DNA from: Octopus sinensis | Lineage: Eukaryota | DNA length: 64,000 bases | Assembly (NCBI RefSeq): GCF_006345805.1 | Contig: NC_043007.1 | Location: 39,618,001 to 39,682,000 of the forward strand | Direction of reading: 5' to 3' | Shown: one piece after another, positions 40,935 to 55,631 of the stretch | Layout of the letters: the number at the start of each line of letters is the position of its first letter | Position numbering within the stretch: position 1 is the first letter of the stretch | Translations under genes and position numbers: made by a program | The notes under the pieces: model-generated | What the model was told of the DNA's origin: nothing | The model's input: only the letters and a program-made list of their open reading frames with translations | Database searches by the model: none

Positions 40935-41227
40935 ATGTAACTTCCTTCACTACAGATGTCACTATATCATCAGCTACTACCGAACGATCAGCTATAGTCA
41001 CTCAACGTGCTTGAAATAACATTCAAATTTCCCTTCTGCCTTGAAAAATATCATTACACTTGATTAGTTTACTCAGTCCCACACATCAGGCGGCAGTTTT
41101 CCGGCGTTTTTCATTGGTTACATGTTCCGTGTCTTCTCAGAAACTTCGGAGACTTCATGAAAAGTTAGATCATCACGTAACTTGCTCGCTTCTCCGGTTT
41201 CTCTTGTCTTTTTGCAGTGTCTATCTC

Positions 41228-41638
41228 CATACTATTTTTTTTCTCCAGCAATTTCGGGGACGGGGCTAAGTCGATTACATCTGCCCCAGTGATCAACTGG
41301 TACTTATCGACCCCGAAAGGACAGAAGGCAAAATCGACATCGGCAGAATTTGAACTCAGAACGTAATGACAGAGGAAACGTCGCTAAGCATTTTGTCCGG
41401 CATGGTATCGATTCTGAATAATAACGGTTTCAAATTTTAGCACAAGGCCAGCGATTTCAGGAGAGGGGCCAAGTCGATTATATCCGTCCCAGTAATCAAC
41501 TGGTACTTATTCTATCAACCACAAAAGGATTAAGGGCAGAGTCGACATCGGCAGGATTTGAACTCAGAACGTAAAGGCGGACGAGCTTCCTTAAAGTATT
41601 TTTCACTGCGTGCAAACGATTCTGCCAGCTCACCACGT
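41228..41638 (-). mobile_element. Two diverged SINE-A monomers in tandem
   Basis: Two heads and two cores. The right-hand copy has the tail GGCCTTGTGCTAAAATTTGAAAC. Confidence 0.75.
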
Positions 41639-41883
41639 TCAGACTTTGTTAATAACATGGCATTGTTCAGAAAACACTGAGGTAACCGAGAAGAAATGAT
41701 ACACCGCCCGAGTAAAACCGTTTGGCTGTAAACACAAAGAAGGTGAAAAATCATAAAAGATCGGTTATGGAATAGAAGACATCACTTTGATGTCCGAAAA
41801 CCACAGTGGCGAAACGTGAGGCTGTTTGTTGCCTTACCATAGCACTGTTTTGTGCAATGATCCCGAAGTCTATAATAGACAAG

Positions 41884-42266
41884 TGGAAGCACTCCGTCGG
41901 TTACGACGACGAGGGTTCCGGTTGATCCGAATCAACGGAACAGCCTGCTCGTGAAATGAACGTGTAAGTGGCTGAGCACTCCACAGACACGTGTACCCTT
42001 AACGCAGTTCTTGGGGATATTCAGCGTGACACAGAGAGTGACAAGGCCGACCCCTTGAAATACAGGTACAACAGAAACAGGAAGTAAGAGTGAGAGAAAG
42101 TTGTGGTGAAAGAGTACAGCAGGGATCACCACCATCCCCTGCCGGAGCCTCGTGGAGCTTTAGGTGTTTTTGCTCAATAAACACTCACAACGCCCGGTCT
42201 GGGAATCGAAACCGCGATCCTATGACCGCGAGTTCGCTGCCCTAACCACTGGGCCATTGCGCCTCC
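41884..42266 (-). mobile_element. SINE-C, tail type 2, 10-bp TSD
   Basis: TSD AATAGACAAG at 41874-41883 and 42267-42276. Head GGAGGCGCAATGGCCCAGTGGTTAGGG..GGTTTCGATTCCC. Confidence 0.9.
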
Positions 42267-42639
42267 AATAGACAAGAGTATGTTATAGAAGACGCCTTAA
42301 AAAGAGTGATAGTTTGTTTAGAGTAGAAACAGCGACGAAAACAATTAATGGTGAAACTTCATTGTCACCGTTACCGTTTTCCTTCTGATAAAAAGTTTCA
42401 AACCCCATCATCATGTTTTGAGGTTTGTATTTGTACATGAAACAGAAACAAACAGATATATATGTGTGTATCAGGTGTATGCGGGAATGTGTGATTGTGT
42501 CTGCACGCGTATATGTCTATATATATATTAGAAGAAATGAGGTACTCAGAAATCCGGATGGTTTTATATTTACAGATATTTTTATTAGTATGTTACACGT
42601 TTTTATAAATCAGATATCATATATCATATATTAGCGCTT

Positions 42640-42651
42640 TCATCCATTCTT

Positions 42652-42716
<65 letters not shown>

Positions 42717-43370
42717 CATATATATGTGTATGTGCGTGTAAGTGTGCAACATATGCAACACACATGCACACGTACACTATATATATATATATACATATGT
42801 ATATATATATTATATATATATGTATATATATATATTAAATACTTATATATGTGCATAGGCATATATTACATACATGCGCGAGCGCACACACACATACGCG
42901 AACGCACACACACATACGCAACACACACACACACATACCCACATACCCACATATCACATCGATATTTGATTTTCTTCTTTTTTTCTGTCTTTATTCCTGC
43001 AGTACATTTTAAAATTTTTAGTTGATCTCTCTGTCACATATGTGTGTGTGTGTGTTTGTGTGTAAGTATAATCTTCCTCTTCTCTTTCTCTTTCTTATTT
43101 TCGAATTGTTTAACCTCTTTTTTTCACATTATAAATTTCTTCCTTCTCCGCATTCCCTCTCTCTCCCTCTCCCCCTTTCTCTCTCTCTCTATCTTTCTCT
43201 CTCTATGCCTTCTCAATCTTCCCTTCCTCTCTCATCCTTACTTTCTTTATACGGCCGCCATTACACTCACTAATCTTTACTGAAGCATTAGCTTCGGCAC
43301 TTGACCCCTGTTAGCAATCTGTAAATTATCTGGAATATCATACAAGATCAACAACAGCAACAACAACAAC

Positions 43371-43414
<44 letters not shown>

Positions 43415-43723
43415 GCAACAACAACAACAACAACAGCAGCAGCAGCAGCAACAGCAACAACTCAAATTGGACAACGAAGGAGGAAGGTGTGAGATGGAAG
43501 AGGAGGAACGAAAGAACGAAAGTAATGCAGAAAAGAAGAAAGGGAGAAGTACGCAACGAAATGATGAAGAATAAATTGAAGTACAGAGCCGAGGACATAA
43601 AAAGTAGATAAAAGAAAATGATAAGAACTAAACAAAAGATAAATAATGAAAGACGCTAAAGAAGTAAAGAAAGGAAGGAAATTAAAAGACAATCCAAAAG
43701 TGATGGAGAGAGACAGAGAGTGA

Positions 43724-43791
<68 letters not shown>

Positions 43792-43825
43792 CACGTGATA
43801 TATATATATGTATATATACATAGAA

Positions 43826-43857
<32 letters not shown>

Positions 43858-44137
43858 CATTTTACAGATAGTGAGACACAGAGAGGATGGAAGGGAGGAA
43901 AGAGAACAAGGAAAGAAGAAAAATAGTAACAGAGAATGAAATGAAAGAATGCATGAAAGCAATGTGAAGAAAATACAATGAAGAAAATAAGCTTGTATGA
44001 TTGAGAGAGAAAAAAGAAGAAAAACTTATGAATGAATGAATGAAAAAGAAAGAAATTTAGGATGAAAAGAAAGAAAGTAAAAGAAAGAAGACGATGAGAA
44101 TGAATAAAAAATATAAAAAAGAATAAAGACAAGAGGA

Positions 44138-44189
<52 letters not shown>

Positions 44190-45311
44190 GAAAAGAAAGT
44201 AGGAATGAAAATGACAGAAACCTAAAAAGAAAGAGAGAGAAAAAGGAAGAAGAAGGAAAATGTAAACGAAATCAAAAGCGAAAGAATACGAAATGAATAC
44301 AAGAAATGAGGGATGAAAAATGGCCGACTTAGTTGTATTGATATAAAGATGGAAAGACAGAAAGATAGATAGACACATAGATAGGAAGAAAAAGAAATAC
44401 TGCAAAATGGAAGAAAACAGACGACAGTCCGAGGCGTTCATAGTGTTGTTAGAAGAATAAATTTTTTTTTCCTGCAGTGCTAATCAAAGATACACTAATC
44501 CTTACTGACGTACATATAAATTGGCTAGGATTAAGCCGGCCTGCAAAACTTTCCGGAATGTGCGACCCCGGGTTCAGTTCAGCTCAGCTCCGTTCTGTCA
44601 TTCGAAAAGACTTTATTTCATTTATTTATTTAGTTATTTATTTCTTTATATATTTGTATGCTTGTTTGCCTGTATATTTATGTGTTTCATTGGTTTGCAT
44701 TATTTTTCTGTTGACTGCAGCGAAGCTTCTTATACAAAGATGTCACTTAGATATGCTTCAGATATGCTTCTTGTTCTTGTATGCACGTTGTTTTTGCTTT
44801 GTTGTTGCTTTTTTGTCTTTTTTGTTCCCCGTCCGCTACTGTTCGTTCGACGCAGACAATCCCATACTTGTATATACATCCGAAACAAATTATACAAATA
44901 CATATACATATTTATGCATACTAAATAGATAAATACAAACATATATACGTACACACAAAAGTCGACGAGTCAACTTTTAAGATCACAGATTTAAGTGTTT
45001 GAAAACCAATGTGTCATTTTGTGTTTGTGTATGTATGTGTAGGTGTGTGTGTGTGTGTGTGTGTGTGTTGCAAATATGTATGTTTGTGACGATATTTATG
45101 CATTTCAATATGCATATATGCTTACGTTCATATATCATGAATATATGAATACCTGAATGCGAGCGTGTATGTGTATGTATGTATGTATGTATGTATGTAT
45201 GTATGTATGTATGTATGTATGTATGTATGTATGTATGCATGTGTGTGTGTGTGTGTGGGTGCATGAATGTGTATATGAGTGCATGTGTATGCTTGTGTAT
45301 GTATGCGTATG

Positions 45312-45352
<41 letters not shown>

Positions 45353-45523
45353 AGAAATGTATACAAAAAATGTACACCACACATATATACATATATAAAT
45401 ACATACATACACATACACATATATATATGCAAGTATGTATACATGTGTATATATATGCATATACATATATTTGTATATATGTATATGCGAGTAGATATAT
45501 ATGTACACGCACATGTGTGTGTA

Positions 45524-45586
<63 letters not shown>

Positions 45587-45630
45587 ACATATATATATTC
45601 ATATACATATGCATATACATATACATATAC

Positions 45631-45663
<33 letters not shown>

Positions 45664-46130
45664 CAAGCATACGCACATACTAAAATATATACATAAATAT
45701 ACACATACGAAAATATCGTGACACGATGATCGACACGCATGTTGTCATACACATTAACTCTCTCTTTCTCTCTCTCTTTCTTTATCAAACACACACACAC
45801 ACACACACACACATTCAGATACATACAACATAGACACACAACATATACGACGGCTCTCGAAATCTTGGCATCCATATCACACGATACATGCGAGAAATTA
45901 TTTCTCCGAACACGTCTGCCATTTAGTATGCATATATGCAAATATATTCATACTTACATCTGTATAATGCATCGTGTATTCATACATATTTGCGTATATG
46001 TGTTCGTATTTTGCGCATATGCATACGTATATGCGTATTTTGAATGTGTGTGTGTGTGTGATTGAATGTGTGTGTGCCTGCGTGTGTGTATGTGTGTAGG
46101 TATGTGTTGATGCATGTATTTATGTAGTTT
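42640..46130. repeat. Microsatellite/low-complexity field: (AT)n, (CAA)n, (GAAA)n, (TATG)n
   Basis: Direct reading; short unique spacers. Confidence 0.7.
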
Positions 46131-46377
46131 TATGTTTGCATGAACCTCTAGGAAAAGCATTAGTGTCTTGAGTGTGTGTGTGTGTATGTAAGAATTTATG
46201 TGTGTATGTTAGTATGTTTATGTGTGTGTCAGTATGTATATGTATATGTGTGTGCTGACATACACGACTTGACGGTTGTCTAGAGACATGTGCATGCATG
46301 TATGTGTGTCTGTGATTATTTTCAGAGAATGAGAAAAAAGTGAATGGTAGGGGAAAGAGAGAAAGGGATGTATTAAA

Positions 46378-46446
<69 letters not shown>

Positions 46447-46453
46447 CAGATAA

Positions 46454-46498
<45 letters not shown>

Positions 46499-46637
46499 TA
46501 GATAGATAAATAGATGGACAGACAGACAGATAGATAAATAGAGAGATATAGACAGACAGACAAATAAATAGAGAGAGATATAGACAGACAGACAGATAAA
46601 TTGAGAGATATACAGACAGACAGACAGACAGACAGAC

Positions 46638-46692
<55 letters not shown>

Positions 46693-46697
46693 CAGAC

Positions 46698-46733
<36 letters not shown>
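46378..46733. repeat. (GATA)n/(GACA)n array at the Tx1 3' flank
   Basis: Direct reading. Confidence 0.95.
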
Positions 46734-46734
<1 letters not shown>

Positions 46735-49700
46735 TGTTTCTTTATTAGCCACACAGGGCTGCACACAGATAGAACAAATTACAAGGTAGAGCTTTTCTTT
46801 TGAAGGTATTAAAAAAAAAAAAAAAAAAAATGGGAAGGGGGAGGTTCGATCAAAAGGATCGTAAAAGGAGAGAAAGAGGACAAAAATAAGGGGGTTAAAA
46901 AAAAAAAAAAAAAAAAAAGGGGGGGGGGGAGAGGAAAAAAAAATGATCAATAGGGATCGTTATCACAGAAATGTCAATATGAAGTGTAAAGGGGAGGACA
47001 GGTGAGGTTTACCCGTGGAAAGAAAAGCCTGCGGAAAAGACCACGGTAACCTCGGTCAATGAAGTCACATTTTATATTTCTTTTTTTTTTTTTTTTTTTG
47101 CAAATAAGCAACTCTCTGTTTTCGATTTCTGGTTCATAGGACTATGCTCAAGGTGGCTTCGTCATTCATACGTGCCATTCTTGCTACATTCACCCATCTT
47201 TTTTTTAAACATTTGCTAGACAAAACTTGCCTCTCTACTCTCACTTTCCTTTTCAAGTGGTACTTGAAGAAGTTGATGAGAGATTGACCAGAGAGGAAAG
47301 TGTTTGTCTCCAATCCTTTCAGACGCGTCCACGATACATTCTTTCGCCATAGCCACAAGGATGATGAAAATAGCTCTTCCTTCCCGTTTGAAGGAAGGAG
47401 GCGTGACAATATTGACGATAGACTCAGCTGATAAACCGACTCGTCCCACACGTGACAGCAGTTGTTCGACATAAGCCCACAGGTCGGAAATTGTTGGACA
47501 CTGAACGAGTGCGTGCAGAACGGTTTCGTCGCTCTGACCGCATCTCGGGCAGGTCGGCCCCGTGTTTCTCGAGCCGTGTCTGTAGAGCTTATCCCGAACG
47601 GGTAGCGCTTCTCGGTAGCACTGCCAGGCCAGGGATCTCTGGAAGTTGTCCATGGGCCCTGGCCCGAAAGTCGTCCCGAACAGGCGGGTCAGGTACTCCT
47701 CGTCGACGTCCAGGTTCGCCCCGAGCTCGTCGTCGTACCTCCCCTCCACTAAACCCCTATAGAATGCTTTGGTTGTGTTGAAGTCACTTAAGGTCGACCC
47801 AGGACGGCAGAGTTGCTTGAGAGCAACGCGACACTCGCGGTGCCATTCGCCCTTCCTCGGCCTCTTTTTGATCCACTACTGCAGTTCGGTCATGGAGACG
47901 AGCTGCGGGAAAGCGTGCCTCACAAACGGCGACCACACCTGTTCACCGTCGTCTACATAGAGCCAGAGATGTCGCAGTCTCAGCGCGTGTCTGCGCATCA
48001 TCAACCACGGCATGCCCAGCCCTCCTTTTAACGGGTGTTGACAGCAAATGGATCGCCTGACCATCGGGACGCATCCTTTCCACAAGAAGCGAAAGAGGAT
48101 GCGTTGTAGTTTGGTGATGGTAGGGTCGGGACAAGGTACGACGGTCAGGCGGTAGTAGATGACGGACGCGATGTACGTGTTCGCCACCTCCGCTCGACCT
48201 TTTAGGGACAGTTTCCTCTCGGCCCTGCCGGGCGAGAGTGACCACCCTACTCGTTATCTCGTTCCAGTTCTTCTCCACTTGGAGGTCCGGACCGAACCAG
48301 ACCCCGAGCAACTCAACCGGGCCGTCGGTCCAGCGTCCCACGACGGAGGCGCTGGTGGACGGCATGGGCTTGCTTCTCCAGGTGCCTAGTCGCAAGCCCA
48401 CTGACTTTTCCCGGTGATTTTCGCTCCTGTCACCGCTTCGTAGTTTTTCAGTGTCTCGCCGACCAGCTCGATGTGCTCGTGGCTATAGACACTATGACGG
48501 TGACGTCGTCCGCGTATGCAGACACGCTCGTCCCGCATCCCAATTCTCGCGGGATGCCCCTTAGAGTCGCCAGCTTCCGCAGTAGTGGCTCAAGAGTCAA
48601 TACGTATAGAAGCGCCGAGAGGGGGCATCCCTGACGGACCGAACGTGCAATGTCGAAAGGTCTCGATAGATGTCCATTTACGCGAATTACCGAACGGATG
48701 CCTCTGTACAAGGCAGCTATCCAGCCGCGGAAGACGGGACCGAAACCAGCCGCTCTCAGGACTGCCTCCAAGTATCGATGGTCTACCCTATCAAAGGCTT
48801 TTGATTGATCCAAGTTGATCAGGGCCCCACCATGCCAGGTTCGTTAACTACCCTGTCTATGATGTAGCGCATCAGATGGAGGTTGTCATGGATGGTCCGG
48901 CCTGGCACGGCGCATGTTTGCGCCTTGTCGACCAGTTTCTCGATGACAAGCGCCAACCTCTTGGCTAGCACCTTGGCCAAAATTTTCAAGTCTGCATTAA
49001 GCAGAGTGATGGGCCTAAAGTTATCTATTACATTTCCCTTGTTTAGATCTTTCTTCAGCAGTGTTACGGCTCCTCGGCTCACAAAACAGGAATGCCCCGT
49101 TTTGCTGCCAGTTGCAGTACACCGCCGCCAAGAGATCTCCAAACAAGTCTGGCATACAATTGTAAAGCTCGTAGGGTAGACCATCCAAACCCGGTGATTT
49201 GTCCCTCGAGCATTCTGCCATCGCTTCCCGCACTTCCGCCGCCGTGATGGCACCTTCGCACACCCTGCCTTTCTTGTCGAGAGTCGTGGTAGGCTATGTA
49301 GGTAGGCACTGAAGTCCACCCTACGTTCTTGCCCTCCACTCGTTCCGAACAGTCGGGCAAAATGCTGCTGAAAGGCCTCACACATTTTACTTGGCTCGAG
49401 CAATTCGCGCCCCTGTTCATCTACCAGTGACCGAATGGTGGCTTTGTTGCCCTGTTGCGCCTCTGCCACCCGGGCCTCTCTCGCGGCTCCAACACCTTCG
49501 TTCCTTAGAGCACGCATCCTAGCTCTGACAGCACATCCTTCGTGTTTGGCGTTGAAGTGTTGGTCGAGGGCCAACCTCGCCGCCAAAACGTCGGATGCGA
49601 TGCCGCTTCTATTGCCTCTTCTAGCTTCTTAACTAGCTCACCCTCTACTCTATTTCTATCTATGGCTAGTGCTTTGCTGTACCTAATCGCTTCTGCTTTT

Positions 49701-50247
49701 ACTGCTCTCTTGAGGGCAAACCACCATTTGTTGTTGATGATGGCTCCCGTCAAAGCCCTCTTTACTAGTGTGCTAATCCGGTCTCTGAAAACTTCTCGAT
49801 GGGAAAGACGCGTTTAGTTTCCAGTATCCGGGACCCTGCCTAAGTGTCTTACCTAAGTCTAGCGTACATGTCACAAGTTTGTGATCCGTGTAGCTGACTA
49901 TGTGGAATTGTGGACATCCTATGCTATCTCTATCTACTGTCCTACACAGTATCCTATCTAGATACGATCTCGACGACCCGATGCGGTTGCTCCATGTCCA
50001 CGTTGGCGCATTCGGGTGGTCTAGTCGAAACCTGTCAGACAGTTGAAAGCGTCTGAGCAGGTCTCTGAGGCATTTGCATCCCCGTCTATTCCTATCTCTA
50101 CCCACGTAGTCTACATGCGTGTCCAAGGTAGCATTCCAATCCCCCACTAAGAGTAAAGGACGAGACGTTCCCAAGAAAACTTCTAGACGTTGAAAGAAAT
50201 CCGCCCGACCTGTTAAGGGCGGTGCGTAAACTGATACGAGCCGAAAA
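46734..50247 (-). mobile_element. 5'-truncated Tx1/L1-clade LINE (ORF2: partial APE endonuclease, RT, CCHC finger; about 400-bp 3' UTR)
   Basis: APE: [32 protein letters not shown]: FRPITLLNADLKILAK, DQSKAFDRVDH, VRQGCPLS, YADDVT. Finger: CPRCGQSDETVLHALVQC. ORF broken mainly by frameshifts. Confidence 0.92.
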
Positions 50248-50600
<353 letters not shown>

Positions 50601-51456
50601 TTATACATAGTTAGCCAGGATACATAGACAAACAAACAGACAAGCAGAAAGATAGATAAATAGATAGACAGTTGGCAGATAAGTTTTTTCTGAAAAGACA
50701 CTGATTTGGTCCCTACGAGAGGCAGAATTCTGTAGACATAAATTTACATTTCCGCCAATAATTACGGGTTTATTTAAAACTTTTGCTTGATTACCGATAT
50801 TCAAGGGGATATGAGATCGAGTCTCATGGCTGGTTGCTGAAATTTTTCTCGTTTTCTATGGATATATCTTATCCAATCTCTGCTGTTCTGTTAACGTTTA
50901 GGCGTTTGAAAATAAATTACCACCTTATTTGTATCTCACAATATACATTTCAACCCTTCTAAAGCAAAGATTAGTTTGTTTAGATTTATCGTAATATAAA
51001 CGTTATTGTTAAAGTTGTAACATCGAGAACGTTGGCGTTTCAGGATGGGACAGGAACGACCAAACGCGAACTTTGGAAATAGAGTGTATAACCAGAAGAG
51101 CAAGACATTTCTGAAGTTCGATGTATTGGTTGATTCACGTCGCAATTAATTCAGATCGTAGCTCCTATCTAATTTCAGCGATGTAGCTTCGTTAACACAC
51201 ACAGTATGTATGTATGTGTGTGTATATATATATATATATATAATATATATATATTATATATAATATATAGTATGTATATATTGTGTATGTGTGTGTGTTG
51301 ATAAACTAGTGACAGCAATACTGTCACGAACCCAATAAAATAACGAATGATTATGTATCTCTGAAGATTTGACAATACAATTGATTCTATAGTTTACATT
51401 ACATGACTGATAATTATTCTTTGTCAATCAAATACACTTACGATGGTAAACTATGT

Positions 51457-51584
51457 AATAAACAATCTCGCTTCTTTTGTTACATATACATATATATATA
51501 TAGATATATATATATATATATATATATACATACAACATACATACATACATACATACATACAACATACATATATATATATAATAT

Positions 51585-51627
<43 letters not shown>

Positions 51628-51650
51628 CAAACGAAGCGAGATTGTTTATT
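51457..51650. repeat. 26-bp inverted repeat enclosing an AT-rich microsatellite
   Basis: AATAAACAATCTCGCTTCTTTTGTTA (51457-51482) versus the reverse complement of 51625-51650: 25/26 identical. Confidence 0.85.
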
Positions 51651-52062
51651 GTATGTATGTATGTATGTATGTATGTATGTATGTATATGTATAATAAATA
51701 ATAGCTGAATCTCGATTTCGATCGATGTCACCGCTTCATAGTTCGCTTAAACACTACGGCTGTGACATTTTATTCTGCTTCGGGTTTATACTCTTTCGCA
51801 CAGATATGAAAATTATGGGCACCATTTTGCTGTAGGTGTTCAGAGAGCCTATCAACCACGCCGAATCATGCCTTCATTCCATCATGGAATTTTTCTTCGA
51901 GGGTTTAACCTTTTTCTGTTACAGCCGGCCATAGTATGTATCATAGAGTAGAGATGTTAAACACTGGTGATACATGTACCTGAAGCTTTTGAAAACGAGG
52001 AAAGTCCTTACTGAGGCACCAACTACTTTCTAAAAAAAACGTATTTATATAATTACATATAT

Positions 52063-52607
52063 TATGGATTGTCTGGAAAGTTCGTACCGATTTATAGTAG
52101 CTTACATTTCGACTTATTTTAGAACATGGTTGAGTCCAAAAAATAGGATTTGACTACACCTCCATTTAGAGCACAGTTTAAGCTATCTTTTCGTGGAAGA
52201 AGGTTTATATTCCTATAACCTGTGTTAATTCTGTAACCCTCTAAAACGGAAGATAAGAAAGTTCATTTTCGGTACTTGATGCTTTGGGAACCAGACAAAA
52301 ATTGCTGCAGCTCGGCTGAGATGTGTTACCCCACATATTGCTCCTTACTTATTCAGGTCTCTGCAGAATAGTCTTAATGGTAAAAATTTCAATTCCTTGG
52401 ATGACGTAAAAAAGACACCTTGATGAATTCTTTGCGATGAAACCACCTCAATTCTGAGAAGAGGGTATTTTCAAGTTAAAGGAAAGATGGAGACGCATTG
52501 TGCAACAAATTGGTTCATATTTGGTTGATTAAAAAAGTAATGGCAAGTATTTATTGACCTTTTTCTTTCCTTTAAAAATCTGCACGAACTTTCCGGACGA
52601 CCCAATA
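52063..52607 (+). mobile_element. Internally deleted mariner element
   Basis: About 31-bp imperfect TIRs (TATGGATTGTCTGGAAAGTTCGTACCGATTT and TATTGGGTCGTCCGGAAAGTTCGTGCAGATTT). Residual LFRSLQNSLNGKNF..GIFKLKERWRRIV. Confidence 0.85.
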
Positions 52608-53824
52608 TATAGATACATATACACATTAGTAAAATATACAATTTTACACATGCATTGCTATGCATGCACGTACATACACACTTATGCGAATAAAATGAAA
52701 TTGTTTAGAAACTCGTCTCGAATATGGCGGGGCTTTTTCCTTTTGCTGTTATCTATATCGGTGACAACGGCCAATGACAGAAATACTGCATTTTGGCCAC
52801 TTGCGACAGCTATAAAAAGAAAAGAATTTAACAACACATGTACCAAATATCGTAAGAATATTCTAATTTTTCTGGACTATCTATTTATTTTTAAAGTTCC
52901 AATAGCTGCTAAGATGATGAGAGTAGTTCTTCAGGATTGGATCACCCGAGACATACCCCTTGTATTGTACCTTAATAGGGACATTAATAGTAAATTATTC
53001 CTCCTTTAATATCTTTCTATGTAACAATGTGAATAACGAATGAGGAAGATATTAAACAATATGTATGCTGGTTCACTACTTTGCCTGACTCTCACTTTTA
53101 TATGAAAGAGCACAGATATTGCACTCCAGTAACAAGTCGGACGATTATCTTTTCATGGAACTCCCGGAAGAGATGCACGACCTTGGATGAGCAACAAAAC
53201 TTTCTGAGAACACGCTATAGAAGTTCCTTCTTAGCTGTGCCTAAATCCCTTTGACAAATCAATAAAAGGCCTGAACTGACCCTTATGTTGCCCCAAGAAT
53301 TTCTCTTCATACTATCTTGCAATTTAAAATAAAAATCATGTCGAATGTACCTGCTGTGAAATCACATATATATAATATATATTATATTAGGTAGTGGGTT
53401 GCAATTTTCTTCACTACTTCAGGGAATGACGACCCTGCCTGACACGAATCACGGGCTCAGCTAGCTCCGGCTGACAGTACCCGGTATGGGCCCATATACA
53501 GGGTTACGGAAAGGAGACAGCCTTCAAAGAAATCCAGAGTGGAGCTCCGTAGGCGGTTTAGTGTTCGACTCGACACTCTTCCGGCAGCTCCTGCAACCAG
53601 GCTGGCGCCAAACGTAATGCTCTGCACTCCTTTGGACTACACCAGCAAGGTCAAGAAAGGAATCCTGACGATTGGACTACCCAGGATTTTTTTACATCTA
53701 ACCCAGGCCTGCGCAAAACAGAAGAGGACATGAAATGTAAAAACCAGACTGGATTAGTTTATGCGCAACTCCATTGTCTCCCGAGACAAAAGGATGCCAA
53801 CAACAATATATTATATATATGTGT

Positions 53825-53880
<56 letters not shown>

Positions 53881-54709
53881 TAGATGTATGCTGCAGTGGA
53901 AGGTGTGCTATTTATGTATACGGGTGTGATATATGCTAGTGTAGTTACGTGAACGCATGCATGTGAGTGCGTGGGTGGTGGGATGCGTGCGAATGTGTGT
54001 GAGTGTGTGGAGGATGCGTGTGTGTGCACGTAAGTGTCTTTGTACATATACGTGTGCGTATGTGACGAGTGTGTGTTTCTGTGTATGCGTGTCTAGAGAA
54101 TTTTCCTGCAATGGTTAAGCAAATACCCTTGTAACAAATACATACATATTTCTGCATTTATATGCAAACACGCTCGTCGCTTGTCTGTCTGCCTCTCTCA
54201 CGTTGAAACACACACACATACAAACACATTCACACATGTATATACATACACACATGTATATACATACACACTACTTCTTCAAAAACAACAAGAGCAAAAC
54301 ATACCACGTGATTTATAACGAAACGACACAACGACTAAACCCACGACGAATATATCAACAACTGGGAAGACGAAAACAAGAACAAGACATACACATCCAC
54401 CTTGAAAACAACAACAACAGCAACAGCAGCAACAACAACAACAACAACAACAACATCAACTGCAGCAAGAGTGCCATTGGCAGCAACAGCAGCCATATTA
54501 GAGACAGTAGAAACAACAGCAACAACGAGTGTATGAGAAGACAATTGCCAATGCATGATGTATGCTCTACAGTGACTTGTCTTGCCTCTTTGATATTATT
54601 TTACGTTCCATCAAATAAGGGAGAATTATGCAAATTAATAACTATAACTATGATGCTAGTGCCGCTACGACTACTGCAAATATTAACAAAAACAACATAA
54701 ACAACAACA

Positions 54710-54773
<64 letters not shown>

Positions 54774-54784
54774 TAATAATGATG

Positions 54785-54833
<49 letters not shown>

Positions 54834-54980
54834 TGATGATGATGATGACGATAATAATAATAATAATAATAAATAATAATAATAATAATAATAATAATAT
54901 AATAATAATAATAATGATGATGATGATGACGATAATAATAATAATAATAATAATAATATATAATGATGATGATGATGACG

Positions 54981-55048
<68 letters not shown>
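54710..55048. repeat. (AAT)n/(GAT)n array
   Basis: Direct reading. Confidence 0.95.
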
Positions 55049-55050
<2 letters not shown>

Positions 55051-55631
55051 GGTGAGCTGGCAGAAACGTTAGCATGCCGGGAGAAATGCTTAGCGGTATT
55101 TCGTCTGCCGCTACGTTCTGAGTTCAAATTCAGCCGAGGTCGACTTTGCCTTTCATCCTTTCGGGGTCAATAAATTAAGTACCAGTTACGCACTGGGGTC
55201 GATATAATTGACTTGATCCGTTTGTCTGTCCTTGTTTGTCCTCTCTGTGTTTGGCCTCTTGTGGGTAGTAACTAAATAGGTATTTCGTCTGTTGCTACAT
55301 TCTGAGTTCAAATTCGCCGAGGTCGACTTTGCCTTTCATCCTTTCGGGGTTGATTAAATATGTAACAGTTACGCACTGGGGTCGATGTAATCGACTTCAT
55401 ACGTTTGTCTGTCCTTGTTTGTCCCCACTGTGTTTAGCCCCTTGTGGGTAATAAAGAAATTGGTATTTCTTTGGTCTTTACGTTCTGAGGTCAAATTCCG
55501 CCGAGGTCTACTTTGCTTTTCATCATTTCGGGATCAATAAAATAGGTACCATTTGCGTACGGGGTGGAACAAATCGACTGCTCCACTACAAAAAAAAAAA
55601 AAATTCAGGCCTTATGCCTAGAGTAGAAAAG

